Assembly (NCBI GenBank): GCA_035517195.1
Contig: DATIZH010000027.1
Coordinates: forward strand, 67,581 to 131,580
Length of the DNA: 64,000 nt
Reading direction: 5' to 3'
Source of the DNA: Nitrospiria bacterium
Lineage (GTDB): Bacteria > Nitrospirota > Nitrospiria > JACQCE01
Each line of letters begins with the position of its first letter. Position 1 is the stretch's first letter. The notes under the pieces were generated by a model, which saw only the letters and a program-made list of their open reading frames with translations, ran no database searches and was not told where the DNA came from. Below are positions 1-11,700 of the stretch, piece after piece. Both the position numbers and the translations under genes were made by a program.

Positions 1-2700
1 GGGATTCGTCCCCCCGCCGCTGCCCAACATCATCGGCGTCAGGGTGGCCGAACCGTACGACAACCCTCCCGAAGCCGCCGTCCCCTTTCCTCCGGCCCCG
101 CCGTATCCTCCGCCGCTTGCGCCGCAGTAACTGGAGCAATCAGCCCCCTGCCCTGGGCCATCCGTGGTGGACGACGTGCAGCCGCTCCCCGTCGTGATAT
201 TGAAGCCCAGACTCGGACCGCAGCCGAGTCCGTTGCCGTTGATCGATCCCCCGGCGTTGATCGTCACGCTCGTCGCGGCGGTCAGATGGCTGTAGACATG
301 ACCCGGCGTGGTCCCTGCGGCAGCCAACAGGACGGCGCCGCTGCCGGCCGTGCCGTTGCCGACGGTCAGCGAGCTGACGATGGAATCGACGTCGCCGTTG
401 ATCCGCAACGAGGGATTGCCCGATCCCGCCACATTCACCAGCGAGGTTGGAGCGATCAGGGGGCCGTTGATCGAGGTCAGGCCGCCGGTCACGGTCACCG
501 CATCATCCGCAGTCATGGTCCCGTTGATGATCAACCCCGCCCCCGCGTTGAACGCGCCGGCGACATGCAGATTCGTGCTCACCGTCCAGGTGCCGAAGGT
601 CCGGCCGTCCGAACCGGCCGCCCCCAGGACGGTCAGCGCCGCGTACGTTTGCGTGCCATCGTTGCTGCCGTCCAACACATCATCGAGCGTCCCGCCGCCG
701 GAGACGATCACCGTCGGAGGAGACGCGCCGGCCACCAGCAGCACGCTGCCCGCCAGGCCCGGGAAGCCCTGGTACAGCGGTGAGCTGTTTGAGAGACCGC
801 CCCAGGACTGGAGATTATCGACCGCCGTCGGGAACGATAGCGATCCAGTCTGAACGTAAATGCGTCCTCCGGCGCCGCCGCCGCCGAAACCGACGAGGAA
901 TTTGCCCGTGTATGGTGCGCCGCCGCTGCCGCCGTTGGCCTGAAGCAGACCGTTGCCGGTCAATGTCCCTGCGGTGATCTTCAGGCCACCCCCGCTGCCG
1001 CCCCCCCCATAGCCGGAACTCGTATTTTTGTTGCCCTGCAATCCATTGGCGCTCAATGTCCCATTCAGAGTCAGCACGCCGCTCCCCGCGCAACCGGTCG
1101 TGAACGTCCCCAGGCACAGATCGACGGCGCCGCCCCCCGACCCGCCCAGAGCCGTTCCCCGGACTGGATCGAGCGAGTTGCCTCCTCCGCTGCCGGGGTA
1201 GGCCGTCGACAGCTCCGGATCGCCATAGGCCGGTCCGCCTCCTCCCGGTTGCAGGTTTCTGTCTCCGCCGGTCCCGCCATAGCCGCCGCCTCCACCGCCC
1301 GAGAAGTTGCCGGTGGTGGTGCTGACCCCCGCTCCAGGCCCCTGCGTGGCGCCGAATCCGCCTCCGTCGGCGCTCATGACGGCGCCGGGCCCGACGGTCA
1401 CATTCCCGCCCACGATAATCCGGACAAAGGTGTTGGCCGAATTGATGACAAATTTCGTGCCCAGACCCTTCGTCACCGTGCAATCGGGCGGATTTGCCGT
1501 GTCATCGCAGACCTTCACATCGCCGTTGACGATCAACGTGCGGGAGGGAGCCGCCGGGTCGGTGACCGCGGGATCGCCGTTCAGCACGACGGTCGCGCCA
1601 TTGGAAATGGTGAGATCTCCCGCGCACGTCAAGTCCCGGCTGATGACCGACGTGCTCGGGAAGGTGAAGGAACAGGCCCCCGCGGGACCGTTGACGGTCA
1701 CACTGCCGACCGCCCCCGGCAGGCCCGGATGGTGGTTGGTGCCGTTTCCGCCGGAGGCGCCCCCGAGAGCCTCCACAGCTCCGATAAAGCTGTTGGTGCC
1801 CGAGAAGTCGATGTTGATCAGCACCCGGCCCCCGCCCCCGCCGCCGCCGTAATTGTCGCCAAAGAGAGGATCGGTCACCGTGTCCGCCGCCCCCCCGTTG
1901 CCGCCGTTGGCCTGGACCTGCCCCTGGCCGGCAATGTTGTGCACGTTCATTTCAACACTGCCGCCGCTCCCGCCGCCGCCGTTATAGATCGGGCCCAGGC
2001 TGGGCGTCCCCGTCCCTTGCGCGCCGTTGGCGCCGTTGGCGCTGATCGTGCCGTTGATCGTCAGGGTGCCTGTCGTATCGATTTCGACCGCGCCGCCTCC
2101 CGCGCCTCCCAGCGCCGTCGGCGAATAGGTGGCGTTGTTCCCGCCCCCGCTGCCCAGCATGATCGTCGTCAGATTATTGTCGCCATAGACGAACCCTCCC
2201 GGGCCGCCCGCGCCGGCAGTGGGTGATCCGCCCTGACCGCCGGCCCCCCCGTACCCGCCTCCGCCGCCGCCGCCGGATGAGGAACTGAAATCGGCCCCTT
2301 CGCCATATCCCGCCGTCGTCCCCGTTCCCTTGTCCGCGCATCCGAAGCCGGATGCCACGTTGAAGCTCTGACTCGACCCGCAGCCAAGACCGTTGGCATG
2401 GACGACGCCTCCAGGGTCGATCGTGAAGTCGGTCGCCACGATGTGGCCGAAGGTGTTCGCGGGATTCAGCACAATCTGCGAAGGCGGGCCGGTGTCGGTG
2501 CCCGTGAGATGAAGCGTGCCGGTAACGGTCAGCGTGATGGACGGCTGGCCGGACGTGGTCACCGAGGGATCGCCGTTCAGAGTCAGGATCGCGCCGCCGG
2601 CGATCGTCAGATCGCCCGAGCAGGTCGTGTCGGCGGAGAGGGTGAAATCACTTGCGATGCTCGCCAGCGGGCCGCCGCCCGTGCAGGTGATCTGCTTCGC
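1..2700 (-). repeat. Three glycine-rich modules of about 300 aa at the visible C-terminal end of the giant protein
   Basis: The modules lie at about 1,700-2,700, about 790-1,700 and 1-790 (truncated). Each has N-G-L-G-C-G-x-S...G-C..., then GGG(GGGG)YGG(A/T)GG...YG(D/S)...(M/Y)(L/P)GSGGG(N/T), then GGxGGGAV(E/D)..., then G-rich runs such as GGGGSGGS and GGGGGGGR. Confidence 0.75.
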
Positions 2701-5700
2701 CCCAGGGATCTGTTGGCTCGTCTGGACGCCCGCGGCATAGTTGCCGTAGGCGTCCTTGCTGAAGATCTTGTAGTAGTAGCCGGTCCCGTTCGTGAGGCCC
2801 GAGTCGGTGAACGTCGTCCCGTTGTTGACATACACGACCGTATCCGTCCCGCCGAACGGATGCTGGCCGGCGGTGTAGGTCGACCCGTCGGCGAGGCTCT
2901 TTCCCGACAGGGATGCGGTGTCCCGGACGATCACCGCCTGACTAAAGTCCGCGTCCGCCGGGTTGGTCCAGTTCAGGACGACCTGGCCGTCCCCCGGCGT
3001 GATCGTTCCCCACACGGCGTCCGCCGGCGCCAGGTTGTCGACGGTGACCGTGGTGCCGGCCGCATCGGCGCCGGCCTGGACATCGGGGCTGCCGGGCGAC
3101 GGGAAATCGGAGGTCGATGCGTAGGTGGTCACCGAACCGGTGACGGGAATCAGATCGTTGCCGAAGGTCGACGTGAGGGCGCTGTCGGGATTGATGGTGA
3201 CCAGCACGCGGAACGCGGCGGGAGTGGTCGTCGGCGGGATGGGCGTCCCGCCGCTGAAGGTCCAGGTGTTGGCAGAGCCCGAATCGGGGGCGGTAAGCGT
3301 GGTGAAATATTGGGTCACCATCGCGTTGTCCGTGATCTTCATGCTGGCGATGGCGGCGGAATTGGTCGTCGTCACCGTCAGGCTCGTCACCTTGGACGTG
3401 GTGGGCACGGTCGCAAAGGTGAATTGATCCAGCATCTGGAAGGTCGAGCAGGGTGATGGGCACGGCCCCACGGTATAAGAGGCGGGATCGGTGCCGTCTC
3501 CCAGCGTGGTCGTGGGGGATTGGGCGCTGAAGGGCAGTGAATTGCTGTCGAAATTGGCGGAGCGGACGAAGACCGGATACGACCCCGCGGCCAGCGACGG
3601 CGCGGTGACAACGATCTGGTAGTTGTTGTTGGAACCCGACGGCGGCACCGTAATGCTTGTCACGGTCCCGTCGTTCCCAACGCCCCAGAGGAGATCATTC
3701 CCATCGTCCGGCGTGTTCCAGTTCGCGGCCACCGTGCAGTCGAATGGGGGGTTCGGCTCGCAGAGGTGGTCGCCGGTGACCGTCACGCTCGATCCGGACG
3801 GACCGGCGTTGGGCGTCAGCGAGACGATCCGGGGCAGAATCCTGAAGCCGGAGAAGGCGGCGATATCCCCACCGGCCCTGGTCACGATGATGTTGCCCGC
3901 GTAGAGGTCGTTCGGAATACCGGTCGGCACCTGCAGCCGGATGCAGGTCGACTGATAGGCCGGACTGCAGGTGGGCGACTGCGCCGATTGCGTGGCGGTG
4001 GAGCCGAGAATCGTGACCGTCCCCGACGCGCCGAAGTGATCGCCGCTCAGCACGATGATGCCGTCGGCGTCGGTCGCGGCATATTCCCTCGCCGCGTTCT
4101 GCACCGGCGGCCCAGAGCCGTTGTACGTGGTGATCGAGGTAATCTGCGGCAGGATGTCGAAACCGGGCGATTGCGCAAAGAGGGAATTATCACCGCCCGT
4201 CCCTTGATAGACGTACAGGGTCACGCTGTTGACCGTATCCAGGATCTCCGACGGCACGGTGACGGTGATGGCGGTGTCGGACCAGCTCGTGACCGCGGCG
4301 GCCCGGTTGGCGGTTCCGTCGTTGAAGTAGACGCCCTGGCTGCCCTGCGCGCTGCCGAATCTGAAGCCATTGATGGTCAGGCTGTCCCCTTCCATCGCGC
4401 CAGTCGTCGTGGCGGGACATAACGAGGTGATGCACAACGACGTGATCTGGGGATAGACCTTGAAGTTGAGCGGGCTGCCGTCCGCAGCTCCGGACGAGAC
4501 AACCGTCAGGGCAGTGCCGTAGACGGAGATCCCCGAGGGGATCGTGAAGACGATCGTATCGGAGGTCCAGGTCGTGATGGAGCCGTCATCGGGGATTGTA
4601 TCGCCGCCGATTTGGATGCAGCCGGTGCCGGCGCCGCCGGCGCAATTGGCCCCGTTTCCGGAACCCAGGGTGACGCTGCCGAAGTTGGCGCCGATCACCC
4701 GGATCTGCTGGCCGGTCCGGCCGCCGAGATTGTTGAGTGCCGACTCGGTCACGTTGGTGTACGAGACGGCATCGGGGCCGGCTCCGCCGGGCGTATGGTA
4801 GAAGACTTGCGCTGTGACATGGTCCACGAACGCGTCGTTGGTGCCGGACGCGAAGCTGTTTTGAATGCGGACCTGGAAGCAGGAGACGACGCCGCATGTC
4901 CCGGTCAATTCCGTCGGCACGAAGGCATGGCTCCAGCCATCCGCCCCGCCGTACGATTCGACCCGATCGGTCGTGTCCTGCTGGAAGGCCGCCTTCGCCG
5001 TCGTCCAGCTTGTTCCCCCGTCCCAGGAAAGCTGGACCGTGTACTGCGCGAGCGCGGCGGTCGAGCTCACATGGGCCTCGGCCTGGACGAGGATGCCGTC
5101 GATGACCTGATTGGTGAGACCGGAAAAGTTAAATGAGCCGTAATCTTCGTGCGCATTGGTCGAATTCGTCGTGGTGGCGTACGCGTCATCCGACGCAAAG
5201 GCGTTGTTGGGATTGGTGTAGCCGCCGGCGACGGAGACGGTCGGCGAGCGCACCGCGTCGGCCGAATCGTTATAAATGATGCTCAACTCCGCAGGGAAGG
5301 TCGAGGTCTTGAAATTAAACGTCGCCACATTTCCGAGTGTCGGACCATGGATCATGAAGTCCATCGCGTTGCCCGTCGCCCAGCCGGGCCGGTTGACGAT
5401 CTCCTGCACAATCGCCGTTACGTCGAAGTAGTAGTAGTTGTTGCTCAGATCGTTGACCGCCTGGGACACCGACGCCGTCGTCCAGGGCCTGTTCGTGCAA
5501 TTCGGCGTGACCGGATCGTTGCACAGGTCGCCGTTCGTCGCCGCGAATGGCGCGGAGTTGTCGCTCGCCTCCCCGTTCAATTGCAGCGTGGTGGTCGTTG
5601 CGTTGATCGCCGACAGGTAGACCTTGAGGTAGGCGTGCTGGATCGTCGCGGCCTGGGGCACCGTGACGTTGGTCCGCCGGTACCCGATGTAGGTGTTATT

Positions 5701-8700
5701 GGCGGCGCCGGTGCCGAACACCGCGGTGGCGGCCGTCGTGGTCACGGCATAGGGCGACGCGCTCCGCTGCGCGGCGTTGTCATCAATAAGCGCGGTGAAT
5801 TTGACGCCGGTGGTCGTGATCGACGGCAGGATGTTATAACTGTCGAGCGGCCGGCCGTCCGATTTGACCACCCGGAAGCAATAGGTGGTGCCGGGCACCG
5901 AGCTCACATCCTCCAAGACTACATCCCATAACCCGTCTTCGCCGGCGGGAATGGCCGCCTGGCTGTTGTTGAAGTCGGCATTCGACTCCAGATAGTTCTC
6001 CGCCACCGTGGGATTGGCCGTCGCTGGCGGGGGCGGGTCCTGCGGATCGATGCCGCTGTTCGGCGTGACGGGATCGCCGTCCGCCGGCCCCGGGTTGCCG
6101 ACAAAGCGGATCGCGCCGGTCGTGGTTGAGACGTCCGTGTAAGTCTCACCGACAAATCCCGCGTCGCAACTGGCGTCCGCGCCCTGCTGGGCGATCTGCA
6201 GCTTGAAGCTCTGGCCGCTGATCGCCAGGGGACCGCCGGACACATAGAGGAGCAGGCGGAGCCTGAAGGGAGTGCCTTGACGGGGCGATGAGACGCCCGC
6301 GGTATCCTGGGGCCCCAGCGGCGTGCTCACATTCGTGCCGTTCGTGTTGGCAAACCAGCGATAGGCGGCCTGGGTCAGGGCTGGCGTCGTCGTGATCTGC
6401 GGGATCTGGGTGTAGAAGGGAAGGAGCGATCCGTCCGCATTGACGACACGGAAGCAGTAGGTGGAGCCGGCGGGCGCCGAGCTGTCGACGACCAGAGCCG
6501 CGTCCCACAATCCGTCTGAGCCGGCGGGAATGGCCGCCTGGTTGTTGCTGAAGTAGGTGTTGGATTGCAGATAGTTCTCCAGCACGTTCGAGCCGTTTGT
6601 CGGATCATTCGGATCCGAGGCAACCGGGTCTCCATCCGACAAGTTCGAATTGGAGTAGAAACGGATCTTGCCGCTCACCGACGTCACATCGGCGTAGCTC
6701 TCACCGACAAACCCCGTGTCGCAACTGTTGTCCGACCCCTGTTGGGCCACCTGCAGCTTGAAGCTCTGGCCGCTGACCGGCAGCGTCGACCCGCCGACGG
6801 TCAGGAGCAGCCTGAGCCGGAACGGCGTGTTAATCGCCGGCGCCACGGCGGGGCCGTTCTGGGCCGCCGGCGCGCCCGATGCAGTCAACAGTAGCGGGCC
6901 AACTGTTGCAGGCGGTGGATTATCTACGTTGCTGAACCAACGGTAGGCCGACTGGGTCTCGGACAGATTGGCGGTGGTGAAGACGTTGACGGACACGGCA
7001 TCGAGGCTCATGGTATACGCGATGGAGGTGGAGCCGTAATTCTTCGTGATGCGCACCTTGAAGCAGGAGCCAGACCCGCCGCAGGTTCCGTTCAACTCAG
7101 ACGGCAGGAAGGTGTGGCCCCAGCCGTCCGCGCCGCCGTAGGAGAAGACGCGGTCGGTGCCGTCGAGCTGGAAGGCCCGCTTGTCCGCCGTCCAGCTGGT
7201 GCCACCGTCCCACGAGAGCGCGACGGTCGCCTCCGATCGGACGGCATTGGAATTGGACTTGGCCTCCACCTGGACCAGGATGCCGGCGATCGCCTTCGCC
7301 GTCATGTCGGGAATGGTGAACGAGTCATAGATCTGCGAGTGGGGCATCCCGGAGGCGGTGGCGTAGAGATTGTCCGACGTCCACCCGTTGTCGGGATTCG
7401 TGAAGTCCCCGGTGCCCGAGTGGGTCGGATTGAACGGCCCGTAGCCGACGTTGTTGAAGAGCAGATCGAAGCCCGGCGGGTTGGCCGATTCCGCCATCGA
7501 GAAGGTGCCGACGGTCGGAAAACCGGGGGCGTGGAAGATGAACGCGATGGCGTTGCCGGAGGCCCAACCCGGCCGGTTGACGATCTCCTGCACGATCGAG
7601 GTGACGTCAAACACGCGATAGCCGTTGGCGAGCAAATAAATCGGAGATGAGACGACGCTGGTGGTCGCGCAGCCGGCGCAGGTGATCCGGCCGCTGATAT
7701 TATTCGCGGTCGCGGCGAACGGCGCGGCGGTGTCGGCGTTCTGTCCGTGCAGTTGATACGTCGCCGATGCGACCGTGCTCAGACTCGACAGATAGACTTT
7801 GAGATAGGCGTGCTGGATCGTCGCCCCCTGTGGCACGTTGACCTGCGCGATTCGATAGCCGATGTAATTCGAATCGCTGCTCGTGCTGCCGAAGACCGCC
7901 GTGGCATTGAACAGTGAAACGGCGCCCGTGCCCGTGATTTGCTGCGCGTCGTCGTTCGGTGACGGGGGATCGACCTGGAACGTGAAGGCGGCGCTTCCTC
8001 CGTCGGAGTTGGTCAGCGTCATCGTCCGGGATCCGACGGGGGCCGTGGAGGCGACGTCGACGGTCATCTGGACGTGGGTGGCGTCGATGAAGGTGGTCGT
8101 CACGGGGTTGGGCGCGATGCCGGCGCCGCTGAAGCCGACCACCGGCCCGGTCGGGCTGACGGTTGAGAGATTCAATCCGGTGACGGTCACGCTCTTGCCC
8201 AGGGCGCCGTCGCCCTGCAGATCGATCCGCACGCGGATGAGATTGTTCGTCAACACCCCGCTGACCTGCACCTGGCTCAAGTCGATCGACGTCAGCCCGG
8301 CCCCGGTGATGGGATAGCAGTTCACGGCGTCGGTCAGCGGCCCGGTGGTGCAGGGCGCGCCGGCCGCGGGCAGGCTGCCGATCGGATCGGTGCCGTCCAT
8401 GCTGGTGGCGTACCGGACGTAGGCGGTGCAGCCGCTGCAGTTGCTCCCGGCCGCCGTGACCTGCAGGCTCGTCCACGACGTCACGCCGTTGGCGGGCTGC
8501 GCCGGTGAGGTGGCGGTCTCGGTCGTGGCGGAGTAGGCGCCGAGCGTTTGATTGTACTGGGAGAGAATCGTCGACGCGTTGAGCGCCGTGTCGGAGACGG
8601 CGGCCTCGTCAATGAGGCCGTTGAAATAGTACGCCTGGCCGTTCCGGCTTCCGAGGTGCAGATTGACGTTGTTGAGGATGGACGCCGAGAGCGTGTTTTT

Positions 8701-11700
8701 CAGGATGGTGATTGAGGGATCCAGCGTCCCGTCCACGTACAATTTCAGGCCGCCGGCCGTGCTGGACCCGTCGTAGGTGACCGCCACGTGATGCCACAAC
8801 CCGTCGTTCACGACGACGCTCCCGAGCACTTCCGCGACGTTGGTCGTCCACGTGCTGATCAGAGCGGCGTGGAGGACGCCGCTGCCGTCGACGTAAAGCT
8901 CGTATCCCGTGTAGGGGGAGGCGTTGCTCATCTTGGAGAAGATCCGGCCGCCGGTCGAAGAGGTCAGAATCCAGGCCTCGAGCGTGAACGGAGCGGTCCG
9001 ATCAAAATCGAACGGCGCGTCCGCCGTGTTCAGATCGTCCGCCACACCGTCGAACGAGAGGGCGGCCGTGCCGACGTGGGCGGCGGTCGTCTGCGACGGG
9101 ACATCAACGGTGTCCTTATAGTAGAGCCCGTAAAACCCGCTGGAGTTGTTGCCGAAATAGAGCCGGTAGGCGCCGCCGGGCAGCTGGTCGCTGTACGGGT
9201 AGAGCGCCTGCGACGCCGCCGCCGTGCCGGTGTTCAGGAAGGTGCCCGGACCCGTGGGGATGTTGGAGGCGTTGGGCGGATTGGTGTCGCTGGTGTCCTT
9301 GTAATAGAGCGCGTTATAGGTCCCATTATTCCGGCTGTAATAGAGCCGGTAGGAGCCGTTGGGGTTTGGGACCACGTCGGGGCCGGTGGCCTGATCATTG
9401 TTCGCGGTGCCGCTGTTTAAGAAGATGCCGACCCCCGCCCCGATGTTGGCGCTGCCCGGAGGATTGGTGTCGCTCGTGTCTTTGTAATACAGGGACCAAT
9501 AGGTCCCGTTGTACCGGCCGTAATAGAGCCGGTAGTTCCCGCCCGGGAGCTGGACGATCCTCGGGACAAAGGCCTGGTCCGCCGCCCCGCTGCCGGTGTT
9601 CAGCGAGGTGCCCGCCCCCGCCGGAATGTTGGTTGCGCTCGGGGGGTTCGTGTCGGTCGTATCCTTATAATAGAGGGCCCAAAACGTGGTATACCGGCTG
9701 TAGTAGAGCCGGTAGGCCCCGCTCGGGAGCGGCACAATCTCGGCCGCCGAAGCCTGGTCGTTCGCCGCCGTCCCGCTGTTCAGGAACGTGCCCGATCCGG
9801 CCGGAACGTTGGACGCGTTCGGCGGATTCGTATCGATCGTATCCTTATAATAGAGCGCCCAATAGGCGCCGTTGCTCTGCTGGGCATAGTAAAGCCGGTA
9901 GGCGCCGCTCGGGAGTTTGACCACCCTCTGGGTCTGGCTCTCGGTGGCGGCCACGCCCCCCGTCATGAATGTGCCCGTGCCGGAGGCGATGTCCGCCGGA
10001 TCGGGCAGGCCGATGCCGTAGACGCCGGTGTTGCCGTTGCCGCTCGAATCGGCCGCCGAGGTCTGGCCGTTCTCATCCAGATGCCAGAGCGCCACGGTGC
10101 TTGAATCGGGCGCCAACGGCACGCCTCCGTACGGAATCAGCCCGACGGTGGATGGGCCGGCCGTGATCTGGGTCGGATCCGACAGCGTGAAGCCGCCGAG
10201 CGTAAGCAGGTTATAGACCGGCGTGGAGAGCTCAAAATTGGCGCCGTAGACATCAACCAGCAGGCCGCCCGATCCCGCTTGCAGGGATGGCGGAGAAATC
10301 GAGGTGATCGTCGGCTTCGGGGTAACCTGCAACAGACCCGTGCCGGACCCGTTCAACCCCCCTGAATTGGTGACCATTACGTCCCATGGGCCGGCTGACG
10401 CGTTGGCCGCCACGGTCACGGTGGCGACCAACCGGGTCGAATTCACATACACCACCGATGTGGCCGTCACGCTGCCTGGCGATCCGGCGTTGATGAAGGT
10501 CACGGCGGGACCGGGGGCGACGTTGCTGAAGTTGGTGCCGTTGACCGTCACCTGATAATTGGTCGCGCCCTGTCCCAATTGGCAGACGGTCGGGCTTGCG
10601 ATCGCGCAGCTGGGGGCGGCGGCGGACGTGGTACTCGTGACCGTCGGGGTGCCGGTGACGCCGAAGACGCTGCTCGTGGTGCCGACTCCGGCGTTTCCGC
10701 CTGGCGGATTGGGATTGGTGACCGTCGCCGACCGGTAGCCCACCTCCGCCGAGGGGTCGATGGTCACGGTGCAGGTGAAGGAGGCCGGCACCCCGGCATA
10801 GGTGCAGCCCGACGCGGTCATGCCCGATCCGCTGAAGGCAAGGGTCGCCCCATTCTGGAAATTGGAGCCGTTCACCGTCATGCTGAAGGTGCCCGGCCCG
10901 CCGGTGCCGGGCGAGACGCCGCTCACGACGGGACCATTGTCCACGATGAAGGCGCCGTCGCCGCTGGCGCCCGAATCGATCTGCCCGCCGCCGTCGGTGA
11001 CCGTAACGTCCCACGTGCCGGCCGTGGCCGGAGAGCCGCCGGCCGACAGCGTCAGATTGACTTTGAGCTGTGACGAGCTGATCAGGGTCGTGGTATTCAG
11101 CGTGATGTTGCTGCCGCCGGTGAAGGTTACAACGCTGGTGTTGTCGAATCCGGCCCCGTTGATAAAGACATCCTGGTTGAGCGCTCCCTGGCCCAGGTGG
11201 CAGGGGGGCGCGCCGCCGGAGGGACACGTCGTGGAGGTGACGGTCGGCGACTGGCTGACCTGGAACAGACTGACAGGGGTCACATACGATTGGTTGCCCG
11301 GATTGGTCAGCTGGATGTTGCGCGAACCGGGCGGCGACGCCGGATCGATTGCAATGTGGACCGTCATCTGGTTCAGGCTATCGACCGTGCCGGACGTGAC
11401 GGCGACCGTCGGATCTGGAGCGAATCCGATCAAGAACTGGACCTGCGTGGAGTTGGACGAGACGGCGCAGGGATAGACGTCACCCGGACAGACGAAGTGG
11501 GTTCCGGTCATGACGAGTGGCAGGTCTGATGCGGTTTGATAGCCGACGCCGGGCGTGACGCTCGAGAGCGAAAGGGGCGGCGGCTGAAGATGCTGGTCAT
11601 ACACCATCGAGAAGGAGGCCGGATAGAGCGTCGCGCTGAGCGGGATGGTTTGAGCGCCCGACGCGCTGCCCGTGAGCGTGACCAGCGGCTGCCACCCGTT

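Noticed and set aside
9100-9960. Regularly spaced DNA repeats that could be mistaken for a CRISPR array or a VNTR.
   Set aside because: The period is 180-183 nt with no short unique spacers. The repeats are in frame within the giant ORF and translate into a conserved 61-aa protein unit.
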